Source of the DNA: Phoronis australis
Taxonomy: Eukaryota > Animalia > Phoronida
Direction: 5' to 3'
DNA: 64,000 nucleotides
NCBI GenBank assembly: GCA_002633005.1
Contig: NMRA01000206.1
Coordinates: 48,551-112,550, forward strand
The notes beneath the pieces were generated by a model. The model ran no database searches, was not told the origin of the DNA, and saw nothing but the letters and a program-made list of their open reading frames with translations. Each line of letters starts with the position of its first letter. Within the stretch, counting starts at the first letter, position 1. Below are positions 62,688-64,000 of the stretch, in pieces. The position numbers and the translations under genes were made by a program.

Positions 62688-64000
62688 CGTTATTGCGCAC
62701 AGCTGGTATTTTTACGTGAGACTTGCTGTGCATAGTACACTTTAAGTTGACGCCAATTCGACAAACTGTATGCTAGAAAAACTTTCAAGATTTTGTCAGT
62801 ATAGGTGTATAGACTAGCGTCAAGTTGGATTGGAGACTGAAAGAGGCAGATACCTAGTCGCGTTTTTGCTTCAAAATTGTGCGGAAGTTTGACATAGTCC
62901 AGTTTATTATACATGTAGTTGCAGAGTCAACAAGACTTTGTTCACACTTTTGAGTGCAAAAGGTTTGAGTGCCTAATTCTATTGAAAATCACCAACCGTT
63001 GAAGGAAAGGGCGTTTTCAGTTGCGCAATCCTGGGCTTTGGTCCCTGTGGGTCCAAAAGATGGCCCGAAAATCCATTTAATTAAAATTTTGAATGCAACA
63101 TCCGTTTCAAGTTTATTTCATGCTAATCACCACCTAAACTAAAATGATGCCAGTTAGGACGTGGAAATGCCTGGGGTTATTAATTAAGATGCCTACTAAT
63201 TAACGACCAATTAACGATTGATTTAAACTTTTGAATGCAACAAAAAATCTTTTTCCAAAAGATAGTTTAGTAACTCTGGATACCATATCTACAACTTGCA
63301 GATAAGATGGGGGGGGCGTTTTGACTCCAGGGGAGAAAATGTGAAAATATTGATTAATATTATGGATAAAACATTATTTCAAATGAACAAAAATACCTGT
63401 TATGACATGAAAACTGACGTACATGTATTTCGACTAAAGATTCAAAGTATTTCCTATTACCGCCAGGCTGGTTGCCGACGTGAAAGTCAAATCGACCTTC
63501 TCGAACCGAAACGTGTATTTGAGTACCTATGTACGTAATTTGAAGTACACTTAAAGGTAAATGAATAATCACCATATTTCAAGGACGAACTTGCCATACG
63601 ACTGTAATCTAAGTGGTTAAAGATACACGAAAATAAACCCCAGTTCAAATATGTACAATTTACATGTAAATGATAGAAAAAATATATTAAAAACCTTCGG
63701 TGAAGCATTGTATGCTCAAGCAGAAATACCTATTAATGCGCGCCAATTTTCTATTTCAGGAATGTCGTCACTTGTACTTTCGAATTGACACTATCGTGTT
63801 TATTGAGAGTTTTGTTGTATTTTTCCAAAAAAGAATCCCGTGAATATTAACATTTGACTAGTATTCACGGATGATGACGTTAATAGTTATTCAACCTGAC
63901 AGTTACATACAACTGTATACATACATGTATACCATAGTAACTTAACTTTTCGGCCAGGCCGACCAATTATGTCAGTAGGTGTCAGTTTGTTTCCGTACAT

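Overview
Eukaryotic, AT-rich, repeat-dense genomic DNA from an invertebrate animal (lophotrochozoan-like; inferred from gene architecture and repeat types). No prokaryotic genes, rRNA, true tRNA or CRISPR were found. The main gene is one + strand multi-exon gene. I traced 18 in-frame GT-AG exons from 17358 to 61485 (6231 nt, about 2077 codons; 5' and 3' ends not found). They encode a large extracellular mosaic protein: 2x PAN/apple, EGF, galactose-binding (F5/8C/FTP-like) domain, EGF, 2x FN3, then about 40 MEGF10/SREC-type Cys-rich repeats. Almost all exons are phase 1-1, and exon cassettes are tandemly duplicated near the 3' end. The rest is layered transposon debris: a TA-TSD TIR element in two copies (one apparently self-inserted), CR1/L2-like and RNaseH-bearing LINE relics, an Academ relic, a Kolobok element with a THAP domain, a 3-4 level nested hAT stack, and hAT-like MITEs with 5-bp TSDs. 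The most striking pattern is the palindrome TACATGTA, seen at least 35 times by manual count. Paralogous repeats in the window show it arising as a +6 bp (CATGTA) gain at TA sites, the classic Tc1/mariner excision footprint. A 1.75-kb tandem duplication joined by a single N is probably a haplotype assembly artefact.
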